The translations under genes were made by a program, and so were the position numbers. From NCBI GenBank assembly GCA_035646535.1, contig DASRPD010000098.1, positions 33,827 through 97,826 of the forward strand: a stretch of 64,000 nucleotides of DNA, read 5' to 3'. Shown piece after piece: positions 31,982 to 40,690 of this stretch; the stretch's first letter is position 1, and each line of letters begins with the position of its first letter. Source of the DNA: Acidimicrobiia bacterium (GTDB lineage: Bacteria; Actinomycetota; Acidimicrobiia; IMCC26256; JANYLB01). Under the pieces are notes generated by a model. That model did not search any database and was not told the origin of the DNA. It worked only from the letters and a program-made list of their open reading frames with translations.

Positions 31982-32929
31982 ATGGCGATTCACTACGAGC
32001 AGAGCTCCGGCCACGTCGTGCTCATCACCATCGACCGGCCCGAGGCCCGCAACGCAGCCGACATGGAGCATTTCAAGCTGCTGCGTGAAGCCTGGGACCG
32101 CTTCCGTGACGACGACGAAGCATGGGTCGCGATCGTCACCGGTGTCGGCGACGCGTTCTTCTCCGGAGCGGATCTGAAGCGCTACGTGCCCGAGATCACG
32201 AAGCTGCAACGCCAGATCAGCGAGCAGGGGCTGACCGAGATCGACGGGTACCGCCTCGACGACGGCGTGAAGGCGGTGCTGCGGAACTACGAGCTCCACA
32301 AGCCGGTGATCGCCGCGGTGAACGGCTTCTGCACCGCGGGCGGGATGGAGATGCTCGGCGGGACCGACATCCGGCTCGCCTGCCCCGAAGCACAATTCGC
32401 GGTCATGGAGCCCAAGCGGGGACTGTTCGCCGGTGGGGGAACGACGGTGCGCCTCCCGCGCCAGATTCCCTGGGCGGTCGCGATGGAGTTCCTGCTCTGC
32501 GCCGACCTCATCCCCGCGTCGCGCGCGTACGAGATGGGTCTGCTCAACGCGGTCGTCCCGGGCGACGAGCTCTTGGACGCGGCGCGGGGCTACGCGGCGC
32601 GCATCGTCGCCAACGCTCCCCTCGCGGTGCAAGCGACGAAGCAGTCCGCCCTCGGTGGCCTTTACCACGATGAGGAAGAGGTGAAGGTCCTCCGCCGGAC
32701 CGTGCGGGGTCTGCGTGACGTGCTCGTGGCGATCGATCCCGATGACCCGCAGACCGCCCGGGTCGCGATCGATGCTGCGGTTGCGCTGTTGGAGGGGGCC
32801 GGTCGGGGCCTGCGCAGCGCGTTCGAGCAGGAGGCGAAGCTCTCGTCGCGAATCTTCTCGACCGAAGACGCTCGAGAAGGCCCACTGGCCTTTGCCGAGA
32901 AGCGCCCTCCGGTCTGGAAGGCCCGCTGA
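31982..32929 (+). CDS. enoyl-CoA hydratase/isomerase (crotonase) family protein with a roughly 45-aa insertion near the C-terminus
   Basis: Start at MAIHYEQSSGHVVLITIDRPEARNA (ATG 31982). It has FFSGADLK and KPVIAAVNGFCTAGGMEM, with C-terminal EGPLAFAEKRPPVWK. Confidence 0.85.
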   Translation: MAIHYEQSSGHVVLITIDRPEARNAADMEHFKLLREAWDRFRDDDEAWVAIVTGVGDAFFSGADLKRYVPEITKLQRQISEQGLTEIDGYRLDDGVKAVLRNYELHKPVIAAVNGFCTAGGMEMLGGTDIRLACPEAQFAVMEPKRGLFAGGGTTVRLPRQIPWAVAMEFLLCADLIPASRAYEMGLLNAVVPGDELLDAARGYAARIVANAPLAVQATKQSALGGLYHDEEEVKVLRRTVRGLRDVLVAIDPDDPQTARVAIDAAVALLEGAGRGLRSAFEQEAKLSSRIFSTEDAREGPLAFAEKRPPVWKAR

Positions 32930-32943
32930 CGTTCTCGTCCCGA

Positions 32944-35010
32944 TCAGGCGCCGACGGTGACGAGCGTGTCGCCGTTGGTGCGCATCTCGGCCCGATCGGT
33001 CGGCCCGAGGACGAGGGCGGTGAACGGGTACTGGACAACGGCGGGTCCCCCGATCACCTGGCCGGGAGCCACGCCGAGTCCTTCGTACACCGCGGCGTCA
33101 TGCCATCCGTTGTCCACGTGGACGCGCCGGATCGCGATCGGCGAGACCTTCTCGTGACCGGCGGTCAGCTCGACGGGCCTGGGTTGGTCGACGAGTCCGG
33201 TGAGCACCAGCCGCACCCCGCGCACGCTGGGCTCCTGGGTACGTGCCTCGATGAGCCGGGCCGCCTCGTTGCGCTGGTGAAACGCCTCGACGGCGGCGGC
33301 GATCGCGTCGCGGGTGATGGGTTCACCCGGTGCCCGCTCGAAGGCCAACGTGGTGTCGAACGTCTGGCCCGGATAGACGAGGTTGACGAACCACTCGGCG
33401 CGGATGCGCTCGTCGGGGACACCGGCCGTACGCAGGTCGTCCAGCCCGCGGCGTTCGAGGCCATCGGCGAGCGCGCTGAGCCGATCGAGGTCGATCTCGC
33501 TCCACGGTGCCAACAGCGCGGCGGTGTCATCGACGACGTGGTCGGCGGTGAGCAGACCGAGCGCCGAGAAGCCCGGCGCGGCGCGCGGCACGAGTACCCG
33601 CCGAACGCCGAGCAGGCGTGCCTGGGTGGTCGCGTGGATACCGCCCATCCCGCCGAACGCGACCAGGTCGACGTCGCGGGGGTCGGCCCCCGCGAGCGAC
33701 AGCACCTTTCGGGTCGCGTCGCTCATGTGCGCGTCGACGAGGCGCACCGCTGCGAGCGCGACCGCTTCCGCGTCGAGCCCGAGCTCGGCGCCGACGCGGC
33801 CGAGCGCGGCGCGTGCCGCGTCGACGTCGAGATCCATCCGACCGCCCCAGAACCCGGCCGGGTCGAGCCGGCCGAGGACGAGATCCGCGTCGGTCACCGT
33901 CGGTTCCGTGCCGCCCCGCCCGTAGCTGACCGGTCCGGGCTCTGCACCCGCCGATCGAGGGCCGACCTGCAGCTGAGAGCGTTCGACGCGGATCACCGAT
34001 CCGCCGCCCGCGCCGATCGCGTGAATGTCGACCATCGGCGTGGCGATGCAGTACCGGTGCCGCCAATTCCAGTCCCGCTTGAGCTCCGGGCGCCCACCCC
34101 GGATCAGGCACACGTCATAGGACGTGCCCCCCATGTCGATGCTCACGACGTCACTCAGCCCCGCGGCTGCCGATGCCCTCGCCGCGGCGACGACTCCACC
34201 GGTCGGTCCCGATCCGATCGTCGTGACCGCTCTTCGGCCGATGACCGACGGTGTCGCCACCCCACCGGCCGCGCTCGCGACGAGCAGCTCCCGCGCGTAG
34301 CCCGCATCCTCGAGTCGAGCCTCCAGCCGGGCCAGGTACCGCACGATCGGCGGACCGACGTAGGCGTTGACGAGCGTCGTGCTGGTCCGCTCGAACTCGG
34401 GCGGCTTGGCGTAGACCTCGTGGGACAACGAGATCAGCTCGACGTCGGGATACTCCTCGCGGATGAGCTCGCGTGCGGCCAGCTCGTGGTCGGGGTTCAG
34501 GTAGGAGTGCAGGAAGACGACCGCAATCGACGTGATCCCGAAGGCCCGCAGGCGGCGGGCCGCGGCGCGCACCGCGGCTTCGTCCAGTGGGGTGTCGACC
34601 TCGCCCTCGGCGGTGATGCGCTCGGCCACCTCGAGGCGCACCCGCCGACGGGCGATCGGCTCCGGCCCGGCCAGCGTCGGGTCCCAGATGTCTTCCTTGT
34701 AGCAGCGGCGCATCTCGATCTCGTCGCGGAACCCCTCGGTGACGATGAGTCCGGTCGGCGCGCCCGACATCTGGATCATCGTGTTGTCGCCGGTCGTGGT
34801 GCCGTGCACGATCGCGTCGGTCCGGGCGAGCAGCTCGGCCGCGCCGCCGAGGCCGACCGAGGCCGCGAGCCGACCGATCCCCTCGAGCACGCCCTCGCTC
34901 TGGTCGTCCGGCGTCGTCGGGGTCTTCTCCAACGTGATCCCGCCGTCGGGGTCCAAGAGCACGAGATCCGTGAACGTGCCCCCGACGTCGATCCCGATGC
35001 GGTAGCTCAT
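32944..35010 (-). CDS. hyuA: hydantoinase/oxoprolinase A-type subunit (HyuA family, ATP-hydrolysing)
   Basis: Start at MSYRIGIDVGGTFTDLVLL (ATG 35010, ATGA overlap with hyuB). 688 aa. DMGGTSYD is present. Confidence 0.9.
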   Translation of the reverse strand: MSYRIGIDVGGTFTDLVLLDPDGGITLEKTPTTPDDQSEGVLEGIGRLAASVGLGGAAELLARTDAIVHGTTTGDNTMIQMSGAPTGLIVTEGFRDEIEMRRCYKEDIWDPTLAGPEPIARRRVRLEVAERITAEGEVDTPLDEAAVRAAARRLRAFGITSIAVVFLHSYLNPDHELAARELIREEYPDVELISLSHEVYAKPPEFERTSTTLVNAYVGPPIVRYLARLEARLEDAGYARELLVASAAGGVATPSVIGRRAVTTIGSGPTGGVVAAARASAAAGLSDVVSIDMGGTSYDVCLIRGGRPELKRDWNWRHRYCIATPMVDIHAIGAGGGSVIRVERSQLQVGPRSAGAEPGPVSYGRGGTEPTVTDADLVLGRLDPAGFWGGRMDLDVDAARAALGRVGAELGLDAEAVALAAVRLVDAHMSDATRKVLSLAGADPRDVDLVAFGGMGGIHATTQARLLGVRRVLVPRAAPGFSALGLLTADHVVDDTAALLAPWSEIDLDRLSALADGLERRGLDDLRTAGVPDERIRAEWFVNLVYPGQTFDTTLAFERAPGEPITRDAIAAAVEAFHQRNEAARLIEARTQEPSVRGVRLVLTGLVDQPRPVELTAGHEKVSPIAIRRVHVDNGWHDAAVYEGLGVAPGQVIGGPAVVQYPFTALVLGPTDRAEMRTNGDTLVTVGA

Positions 35011-36785
35011 GGCGATATCTCGGCTGCGGCCCGTGCGGTACGCATCTCGGCCCGTCGAGCTTCGGTGGCTTCCATGTCGACGGCCAGGTCCATCGCCTCG
35101 AGCGAACCGCTCACGACGACGCCGTAGTCGGCCGTGGCCGCGTCGGCCGAGACGTACTCGTCCCACACGTCGTCGAGCACCGCCTGGGGGTAGCGCAGCA
35201 GCGGGTCACCCCACCCCCCGCCGCCGCCGTACTCATAGACGAGTCGCTCGCCGGTCTCGAGCCGGAAGTCCGCGACGGTGGGCGCGACCTCCACCTCGTC
35301 GGGTGTGCCCGCCCGCAACAGCACCTTGTCGGGCGCGCCGGGGGCGCCGCCGGCGACACCGGGATGCAGGTGAATCCGGTTCACGACGTACTGGTTCAAC
35401 GAGGTCGGCGTGCGCACCTCCTTGATGAACAGTGAGCCGCACCCACCGCGCCACTGACCCGCGCCGGCGGAGTCGGTCCGGTAGTTGCGGCCGCGCAGGA
35501 TGTGCGGGAAGAGCATCTCGTTGATCTCGGCCGGCGCCTTGATGAGATTGCCGTTGCTCGTGCACAGCGCGCCCCACCCGTCCACGCCGCGCACGCCGTT
35601 CACCCAGCCGGCGTTGACCTCGCCGCCGTGATCGAAGAACGGCTGTCCGGAGCGGGGATCGACGTCACCCCACATCTGGCGGGGTGCGCCGTACTTGTAG
35701 GTCTGCGGCGAGCATCGGTCCGGGATGATCTGGCTCATCGCCAGCGTGATCGCGTCACCGACCTCGACGCCCGGGTGATGCGTGCCCGCGCTGACGGGTT
35801 TGCCCTCCACGGGGTTCACGCACGTTCCTTCGGGGATGCGCAGCTCCACACAGTCGAAGAACCCCTCGTTCTTCGGGATCGCCGGGTCCACCATCGACCC
35901 GAGCTGGGCGATCGTGTAGCCGCGGGTGTTGCCGTAGGTTGACCACGCGTTGATCTCGGGTCGGTCGTCGCTGCCGGCGAAGTCGACGATGAGCCGGTCG
36001 CCGTCGACGGTCACGGCGACGTGGACGTGGATGTCGGGGTTGCCCTGCGGGTCCGAGTCGACGTACACGTCGGCCGCATAGGTGCCGTCGGGCCAGGCGC
36101 GGATCTCCTCGGCGAAGCGGTCGTGGGCATCCGCGATGGTCGCGTCGACCGCGGCGCGCACTGCATCGGCGCCGTAGCGATCGACGATCGATTGGAGGCG
36201 TTCCACGCCGAGCTGCGCGGCGCCGAGCTGCGCACGCAGGTCGCCGACGAACCCGGGCATTCGGTTGTTGGCCCGCATGGTCAGCACGACATCGCGACGT
36301 TCCTGACCCCGTTCGATGATCTTGAGGAGGGGGTAACGGACTCCCTCGCTCCAGATGTCACGCGCGAAGACGTTGTAGCCGCCGGCCATTGCACCCCCGG
36401 TGTCGCCGTGGTGGCATTGGATGCTCGCGATGAGGAGCAGGTCGCCGCGCTCGTCGAACAGCGGCGCGAACACGTTCACGTCCGGAAGGTGCCCGCCGCC
36501 GTGATACGGGTCGTTGGCCACGATCACGTCACCCGGGTAGAGCTCGTCGCCGAAGAACTCCAACGCGAAGCGGACCGGCAGTGTGGACGACAACATGAAC
36601 TGCGGGATTCCGACCGACAGCGCCGCGAGGCGCCCTTGCCAGTCGAGGATCGTGGCGTTGCGTTCGTTCGACTGGTTGAGGATCGGCGTCGTTGCCGTGC
36701 GCGACACGTAGGTGGCCATCTCGAAGCAGATGGTCTCCATCGCGGAGCGCACGACCTCGACGGTGACGGGGTCGGTGCTGATCAC
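35007..36785 (-). CDS. hyuB: hydantoinase B/oxoprolinase-type subunit (HyuB family)
   Basis: GTG 36785 is preceded by GAGGAGG. The N-terminus VISTDPVTVEVVRSAMETICFEMATYVSRTA is canonical for HyuB. A GTGA overlap links it to the TetR stop. Confidence 0.9.
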   Translation of the reverse strand: MISTDPVTVEVVRSAMETICFEMATYVSRTATTPILNQSNERNATILDWQGRLAALSVGIPQFMLSSTLPVRFALEFFGDELYPGDVIVANDPYHGGGHLPDVNVFAPLFDERGDLLLIASIQCHHGDTGGAMAGGYNVFARDIWSEGVRYPLLKIIERGQERRDVVLTMRANNRMPGFVGDLRAQLGAAQLGVERLQSIVDRYGADAVRAAVDATIADAHDRFAEEIRAWPDGTYAADVYVDSDPQGNPDIHVHVAVTVDGDRLIVDFAGSDDRPEINAWSTYGNTRGYTIAQLGSMVDPAIPKNEGFFDCVELRIPEGTCVNPVEGKPVSAGTHHPGVEVGDAITLAMSQIIPDRCSPQTYKYGAPRQMWGDVDPRSGQPFFDHGGEVNAGWVNGVRGVDGWGALCTSNGNLIKAPAEINEMLFPHILRGRNYRTDSAGAGQWRGGCGSLFIKEVRTPTSLNQYVVNRIHLHPGVAGGAPGAPDKVLLRAGTPDEVEVAPTVADFRLETGERLVYEYGGGGGWGDPLLRYPQAVLDDVWDEYVSADAATADYGVVVSGSLEAMDLAVDMEATEARRAEMRTARAAAEISP

Positions 36786-37498
36786 GAGGCCTCCTCGGGA
36801 CCGGTTGTGGTCGCGGTCGCGTCGGGCTGGCGGTCTCGACCGGTGCCGAATGCCGACCACGTGAAGCGCAGCAGGTGGGCACGCGCCTGGTCGTAGGTGA
36901 CGAGCGCGCCGACCGCGCGCCGGTGGGCGAGCATGAGGAAGATCACCTGGATCGTCTCGGCGTCGAGCACGGAGCTCGCGTCGGGGAAGCTCCCGTCGGT
37001 CGTGCCCGCTTCGATCGCGCCGCGCAGCAGACGGACGATCGGCTCCTGGACCCGCTGGAACTCACTCGGACGGGTGTGCTGCAGGTACGGGCCCTCTCGC
37101 CAGAAGACCCGGACCCTCGCGGCGCGGCGAGGGTCGAACACGAGCTCGAGGCGATCATCGATCCACGCCGTGACGGCTTCGCGGCTCGAAGTAGTCGCGC
37201 GCATGCGGGCTCCGAGCGTCGCCTCGGATCGTAGGCTCTCGCGCTCCCAGATCGCGACGAGGAACTGGTCCTTCGACTCGAAGTGTCGGTAGAACGCGCG
37301 CGTGCCGACGCCGGCTTCGGTCAGCACGTCTTGGAGGGTGAGTCGCGTGATGCCCTCGCGTTGCAGGACGTCGATGCCCGCGTCGAGCAGGTGGTGCAGC
37401 TCCCCTTCGGCTTCGGCGACGCGACGGCGACCCGCGGCCGCGTCGCTCTCGGTCGGGCCGGACGGGAACGGTTGTGGCGGTGCGGTGAGGCGGGTCAC
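36782..37498 (-). CDS. TetR-family regulator embedded inside the operon
   Basis: 238-aa ORF. LTLQDVLTEAGVGTRAFYRHFESKDQFL is the TetR HTH. Its GTG start (37498) overlaps the ligase stop as GTGA, and its stop overlaps the hyuB GTG as GTGA. Confidence 0.85.
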   Translation of the reverse strand: MTRLTAPPQPFPSGPTESDAAAGRRRVAEAEGELHHLLDAGIDVLQREGITRLTLQDVLTEAGVGTRAFYRHFESKDQFLVAIWERESLRSEATLGARMRATTSSREAVTAWIDDRLELVFDPRRAARVRVFWREGPYLQHTRPSEFQRVQEPIVRLLRGAIEAGTTDGSFPDASSVLDAETIQVIFLMLAHRRAVGALVTYDQARAHLLRFTWSAFGTGRDRQPDATATTTGPEEAS

Positions 37499-39012
37499 GG
37501 CGTCGTCCCTTCAGACGCGAGGAACTGTGCCACGACGTCTCGGCGTACGAGCTTGCCGGTGTCGGTCAGGGGCAGCTCGTCGACGAAGCGGATCTCTTCG
37601 GGAGCCTTGGCGCTGCGCAGCGCCGCGCGGACGAAGTCGGTGAGCTGCGTCTCGGTCGGTGTCGCACCCGGCCGCGTCACGACAGCCGCGGCGATCCGCT
37701 GACCCCACTCCTCGTCGGGCAGACCCACGACGGCGGCGTCGGCGACGCCGCCGTGGCGGCGCAGCACCTCCTCGATCTCGGCCGGCGCGATGTTCTCGCC
37801 GCCTCGGATGATCGTGTCGTCGGCGCGGCCCTCGATGAACAGGTACCCGTCGTCATCGACCCAGGCGCGGTCGCGTGTGGCGAACCATCCGGCCTCGTCG
37901 ACCGTCGCGCCGAGGCCTCGGTACTCGCCGGAGACCTGTTCGCCCCGGACCCACAGGTCACCGGTCTGACCGGCGCCGACCAGGTCACCGGCGTCGTCGC
38001 GGATCTCGATCTCGATGCCGGGTACGACCACGCCCGCCGAGCCGAGCCGAGCGCGCACGGCCGGGTCGTCGCTCGCCAGGGCGTCGCGGTGCTCGTCCGG
38101 TCCGAGCACCGAGATCGTCGAGCTCGTCTCGGTGAGCCCGTAGGCGTTGACGAAGTCGGTGTCCGGGAAGTGCCCCAGGGCCCGTTCGATCACGGTGGCG
38201 GGCATCGGCGCCCCGCCGTAGGCGAGGGTACGTAGCTGCGGCGGCGGCATGGTTCCGGTCGCGTCGAGGTGGTCAACGATCCGGGACAACATCGTCGGCA
38301 CGATGAGCGCGTGGGTGACGGACTCGCGGGTCGCGAGGTCGAGCCAGGCGGCGGGGTCGAAGTTGGCAAGGTGCACGACGCGCCGACCCGCGTAGAGATT
38401 CGTGATTGTGTTCGACACGCCGGCGATGTGGTACGGCGGGACGCTCACGAGGCTCGCGGCGTCCTCATCGGCGTTGGAGAACTCCACCGTCGTCATGACG
38501 TACGCGGCCAGATGGCGATGCCGCAGCACCGCGGCCTTGGGTGCTGCGGTCGTACCGCTCGTGAACAGCAGCAGGGCGGTCGCGTCGGGGTCGCCGTTGC
38601 TTGGCGCGGGTGGACCTTCGGACCAGGCATCGGGCACCGAGGTCGCAAACGAGTCGGTGGTCATCGCCGGGGCGTCGACGTCGGCGACGAGTGAAGCGAG
38701 CGCCGGGTCGTGGACGATGACCGGGTGTTCGAGATCGGCGATGAGGGCGGCGATCTGCTCCGGCGTCTGGCGGTAGTTGAGTGGCACCAGCGGTATCCCG
38801 GCGCGAGCCGCGGCGAACAGCGCGATGGGGAAGGCCGGGCCGTTGGTGCCGACGAACACGAGGTGGCCGGCGTCGAGCGCCGCGAGCCGTTCCGCTCCGA
38901 CCTCGGACCGGGCGGCGAGATCCTCACCAGTCAGCCCGCCGTCGCGCGGCCCGAACGCGACGCGCGAGCCGTGCCCGGAGACCGCCATGTCCAACAGCAG
39001 GTCGAGGTGCAC
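37495..39012 (-). CDS. AMP-dependent acyl-CoA ligase
   Basis: 505-aa ORF (GTG 39012) with LLFTSGTTAAPKAAVLRH, NAYGLTETSS, DGYLFIEGRADDTIIRGGENI and LPLTDTGKLVRR. Confidence 0.9.
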   Translation of the reverse strand: MHLDLLLDMAVSGHGSRVAFGPRDGGLTGEDLAARSEVGAERLAALDAGHLVFVGTNGPAFPIALFAAARAGIPLVPLNYRQTPEQIAALIADLEHPVIVHDPALASLVADVDAPAMTTDSFATSVPDAWSEGPPAPSNGDPDATALLLFTSGTTAAPKAAVLRHRHLAAYVMTTVEFSNADEDAASLVSVPPYHIAGVSNTITNLYAGRRVVHLANFDPAAWLDLATRESVTHALIVPTMLSRIVDHLDATGTMPPPQLRTLAYGGAPMPATVIERALGHFPDTDFVNAYGLTETSSTISVLGPDEHRDALASDDPAVRARLGSAGVVVPGIEIEIRDDAGDLVGAGQTGDLWVRGEQVSGEYRGLGATVDEAGWFATRDRAWVDDDGYLFIEGRADDTIIRGGENIAPAEIEEVLRRHGGVADAAVVGLPDEEWGQRIAAAVVTRPGATPTETQLTDFVRAALRSAKAPEEIRFVDELPLTDTGKLVRRDVVAQFLASEGTTP

Positions 39013-39015
39013 GGG

Positions 39016-39336
39016 TCAGTCCGAGGAGGGGAGGGGCTTGGCACCCTTGATCGGTAGCGGCGTGCCGTTGCACGCGAGCGACCCGTCGCCCGCTTTCGCG
39101 CAGAGCAGCTCCAGGCCGGTCTCGTCGCTCGCGTAGCGCTTGCCGAGCAGCGTCGGATTGTCGGAGTCCGTGGCGTCGGCGCCAAGCGTGCCGGAGTGCG
39201 CGTCGGGTCCGTCGGCCGGCACCATGGCCACCCCGCCACAGGTGATCTCGACCGGTTGGGAGGGTGCGCGGATCACGACGACCTCGGTCGCGCAGACGAC
39301 GCTGGCCAGCTTCGTTCCTGGCTCGAGGTCGGTCAC
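39016..39336 (-). CDS. small conserved hypothetical protein (106 aa, 4 Cys)
   Basis: GTG 39336 forms a GTGA overlap with the CoA-transferase stop. The protein reads VTDLEPGTKLASVVCATEVVVIRAPSQPVEITCGG...LLGKRYASDETGLELLCAKAGDGSLACNGTPLPIKGAKPLPSSD. Its stop lies 3 nt before the ligase GTG. Confidence 0.6.
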   Translation of the reverse strand: MTDLEPGTKLASVVCATEVVVIRAPSQPVEITCGGVAMVPADGPDAHSGTLGADATDSDNPTLLGKRYASDETGLELLCAKAGDGSLACNGTPLPIKGAKPLPSSD

Positions 39337-40553
39337 AGGATCGCTCCCGACGTCTTGAGCTCGATGATCTCGTCCCACGAGTAGCCGAGCTCGAGCATCA
39401 GCTCGTCGGTGTGCTCACCGTGTTCCGGTGCGGCGGTCAGCTGGTGCGGCTGTTCGTCGAACTGCACGGGCGCGCCGACGAGGCTGAGATCGTTGCCTTG
39501 CGCGTCGGTGACCGGGCACAGGTAGCCGTTGGCGATCACCTGCTTGTCGTCATACAGCTCCGGCACCTTCTGTACCGGCGCCCAGACGCCTTCCATCGTC
39601 TCGAGCGCGTCGCGCCACTCGGCGAATGACTTGGACGCGAACGTGTCGGTGATCTCGGCTACGCAGGCCTTCCGATTGTCCGCCCGAACCTTCGCGTCAC
39701 GGTACCGCTCGTCGTCGATGAGATCGGTCCGGCCGAGATGGGTGCAGAAGTCGCTCCAGAACCGGTCGCTCTCCATCATGTTCAGGAAGATCCAGCGACC
39801 GTCGCCGGTGCGGTAGTTGCCGACGAGCGGGTTGGCCGCCGTGTTGTTGGCGAAGCGGGGAATGTCATCGAGTCCGAGCACGCCGCTCATCACGACGTCG
39901 GGTTGCAGTTGCCACATCGCGGTGTTCAGGAGTGACGTGTCGACCACCGCGGCGTGCCCGGTTCGCTCACGCTGGTAGAGCGCGGCGGAGATACCCGCGG
40001 CGATCGCGAGCCCTCCCATCACGTCGCCGATCGCGGGTCGCATCCCGGCCGGCAGGTCCGAATCCGCGGGGCGGAGCGTGTCGCCCATGCCGCCGCGCGC
40101 CCAGAATGACGCGCCGTCGTAGCCACCCTTGGTGGCGTCGGGACCCTTGGCGCCCTGGCCGTGACCGCGCACGTAGATGATGTTCGGATTGGCGGCCCGG
40201 ATGTGCTCGACGTCGATCTGCATGCGGGTCCGCGCGTCGGGCAGGAAGTTGGTGAGGAACACGTCCGCGGTCTTGGCCAGCCGGTAGATCAGCTCGCGCC
40301 CCTCGTCGGTGTGGAGGTCGATCCCGATGCTGCGCTTGCCTCGGTTGGGGAACTGGATCATGAAGTCGGCGCCATCGCCGGACGCGCCGGGCATCACGCC
40401 GAGCGTGGCCAGGCCCCGCTGGGGGTCGCCGGTCTCGGGATGCTCGACCTTCAGCACGTCCGCGCCCCAGTCGGCGAGGATCGCGCCGGCTGCGGGCACG
40501 AAGGTCCAGAAGGCGACCTCGAGCACGCGCGTCCCATGCAGAATGCTGGTCAT
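39333..40553 (-). CDS. family III CoA-transferase (CaiB/BaiF type)
   Basis: 406-aa ORF. GTRVLEVAFWTFVPAAGAILADWGADVLKVEHPETGDP is the typical N-terminus. NFLP and GHG are present. Confidence 0.9.
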   Translation of the reverse strand: MTSILHGTRVLEVAFWTFVPAAGAILADWGADVLKVEHPETGDPQRGLATLGVMPGASGDGADFMIQFPNRGKRSIGIDLHTDEGRELIYRLAKTADVFLTNFLPDARTRMQIDVEHIRAANPNIIYVRGHGQGAKGPDATKGGYDGASFWARGGMGDTLRPADSDLPAGMRPAIGDVMGGLAIAAGISAALYQRERTGHAAVVDTSLLNTAMWQLQPDVVMSGVLGLDDIPRFANNTAANPLVGNYRTGDGRWIFLNMMESDRFWSDFCTHLGRTDLIDDERYRDAKVRADNRKACVAEITDTFASKSFAEWRDALETMEGVWAPVQKVPELYDDKQVIANGYLCPVTDAQGNDLSLVGAPVQFDEQPHQLTAAPEHGEHTDELMLELGYSWDEIIELKTSGAIL

Positions 40554-40577
40554 GAAGGCTTCCCCTCTCGCAGGACC

Positions 40578-40593
40578 GGAAACGTAGTTTTCG
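40578..40593. promoter_or_regulatory. imperfect palindrome in the AT-richest patch upstream of the CoA-transferase operon (TetR operator candidate)
   Basis: GGAAACGTAGTTTTCG has GAAA..N7..TTTC arms and contains AAC-N3-GTT. It lies 25-40 nt upstream of ATG 40553. Confidence 0.3.
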
Positions 40594-40690
40594 TTCGAGC
40601 CGTCGGCAACCCCAGCCGGTCGGGTGTCTTCCCACGCGCCTTGCCCGGCGTGCGGTCAGCGGTGCGAAAGCATGGATTTCACGTCGGGTT

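Noticed and set aside
33100-35127. 675-aa plus-strand ORF
   Set aside because: It is antisense to hyuA. It is Arg/Asp/Gly-rich without motifs, while hyuA on the other strand has canonical motifs over its entire length.
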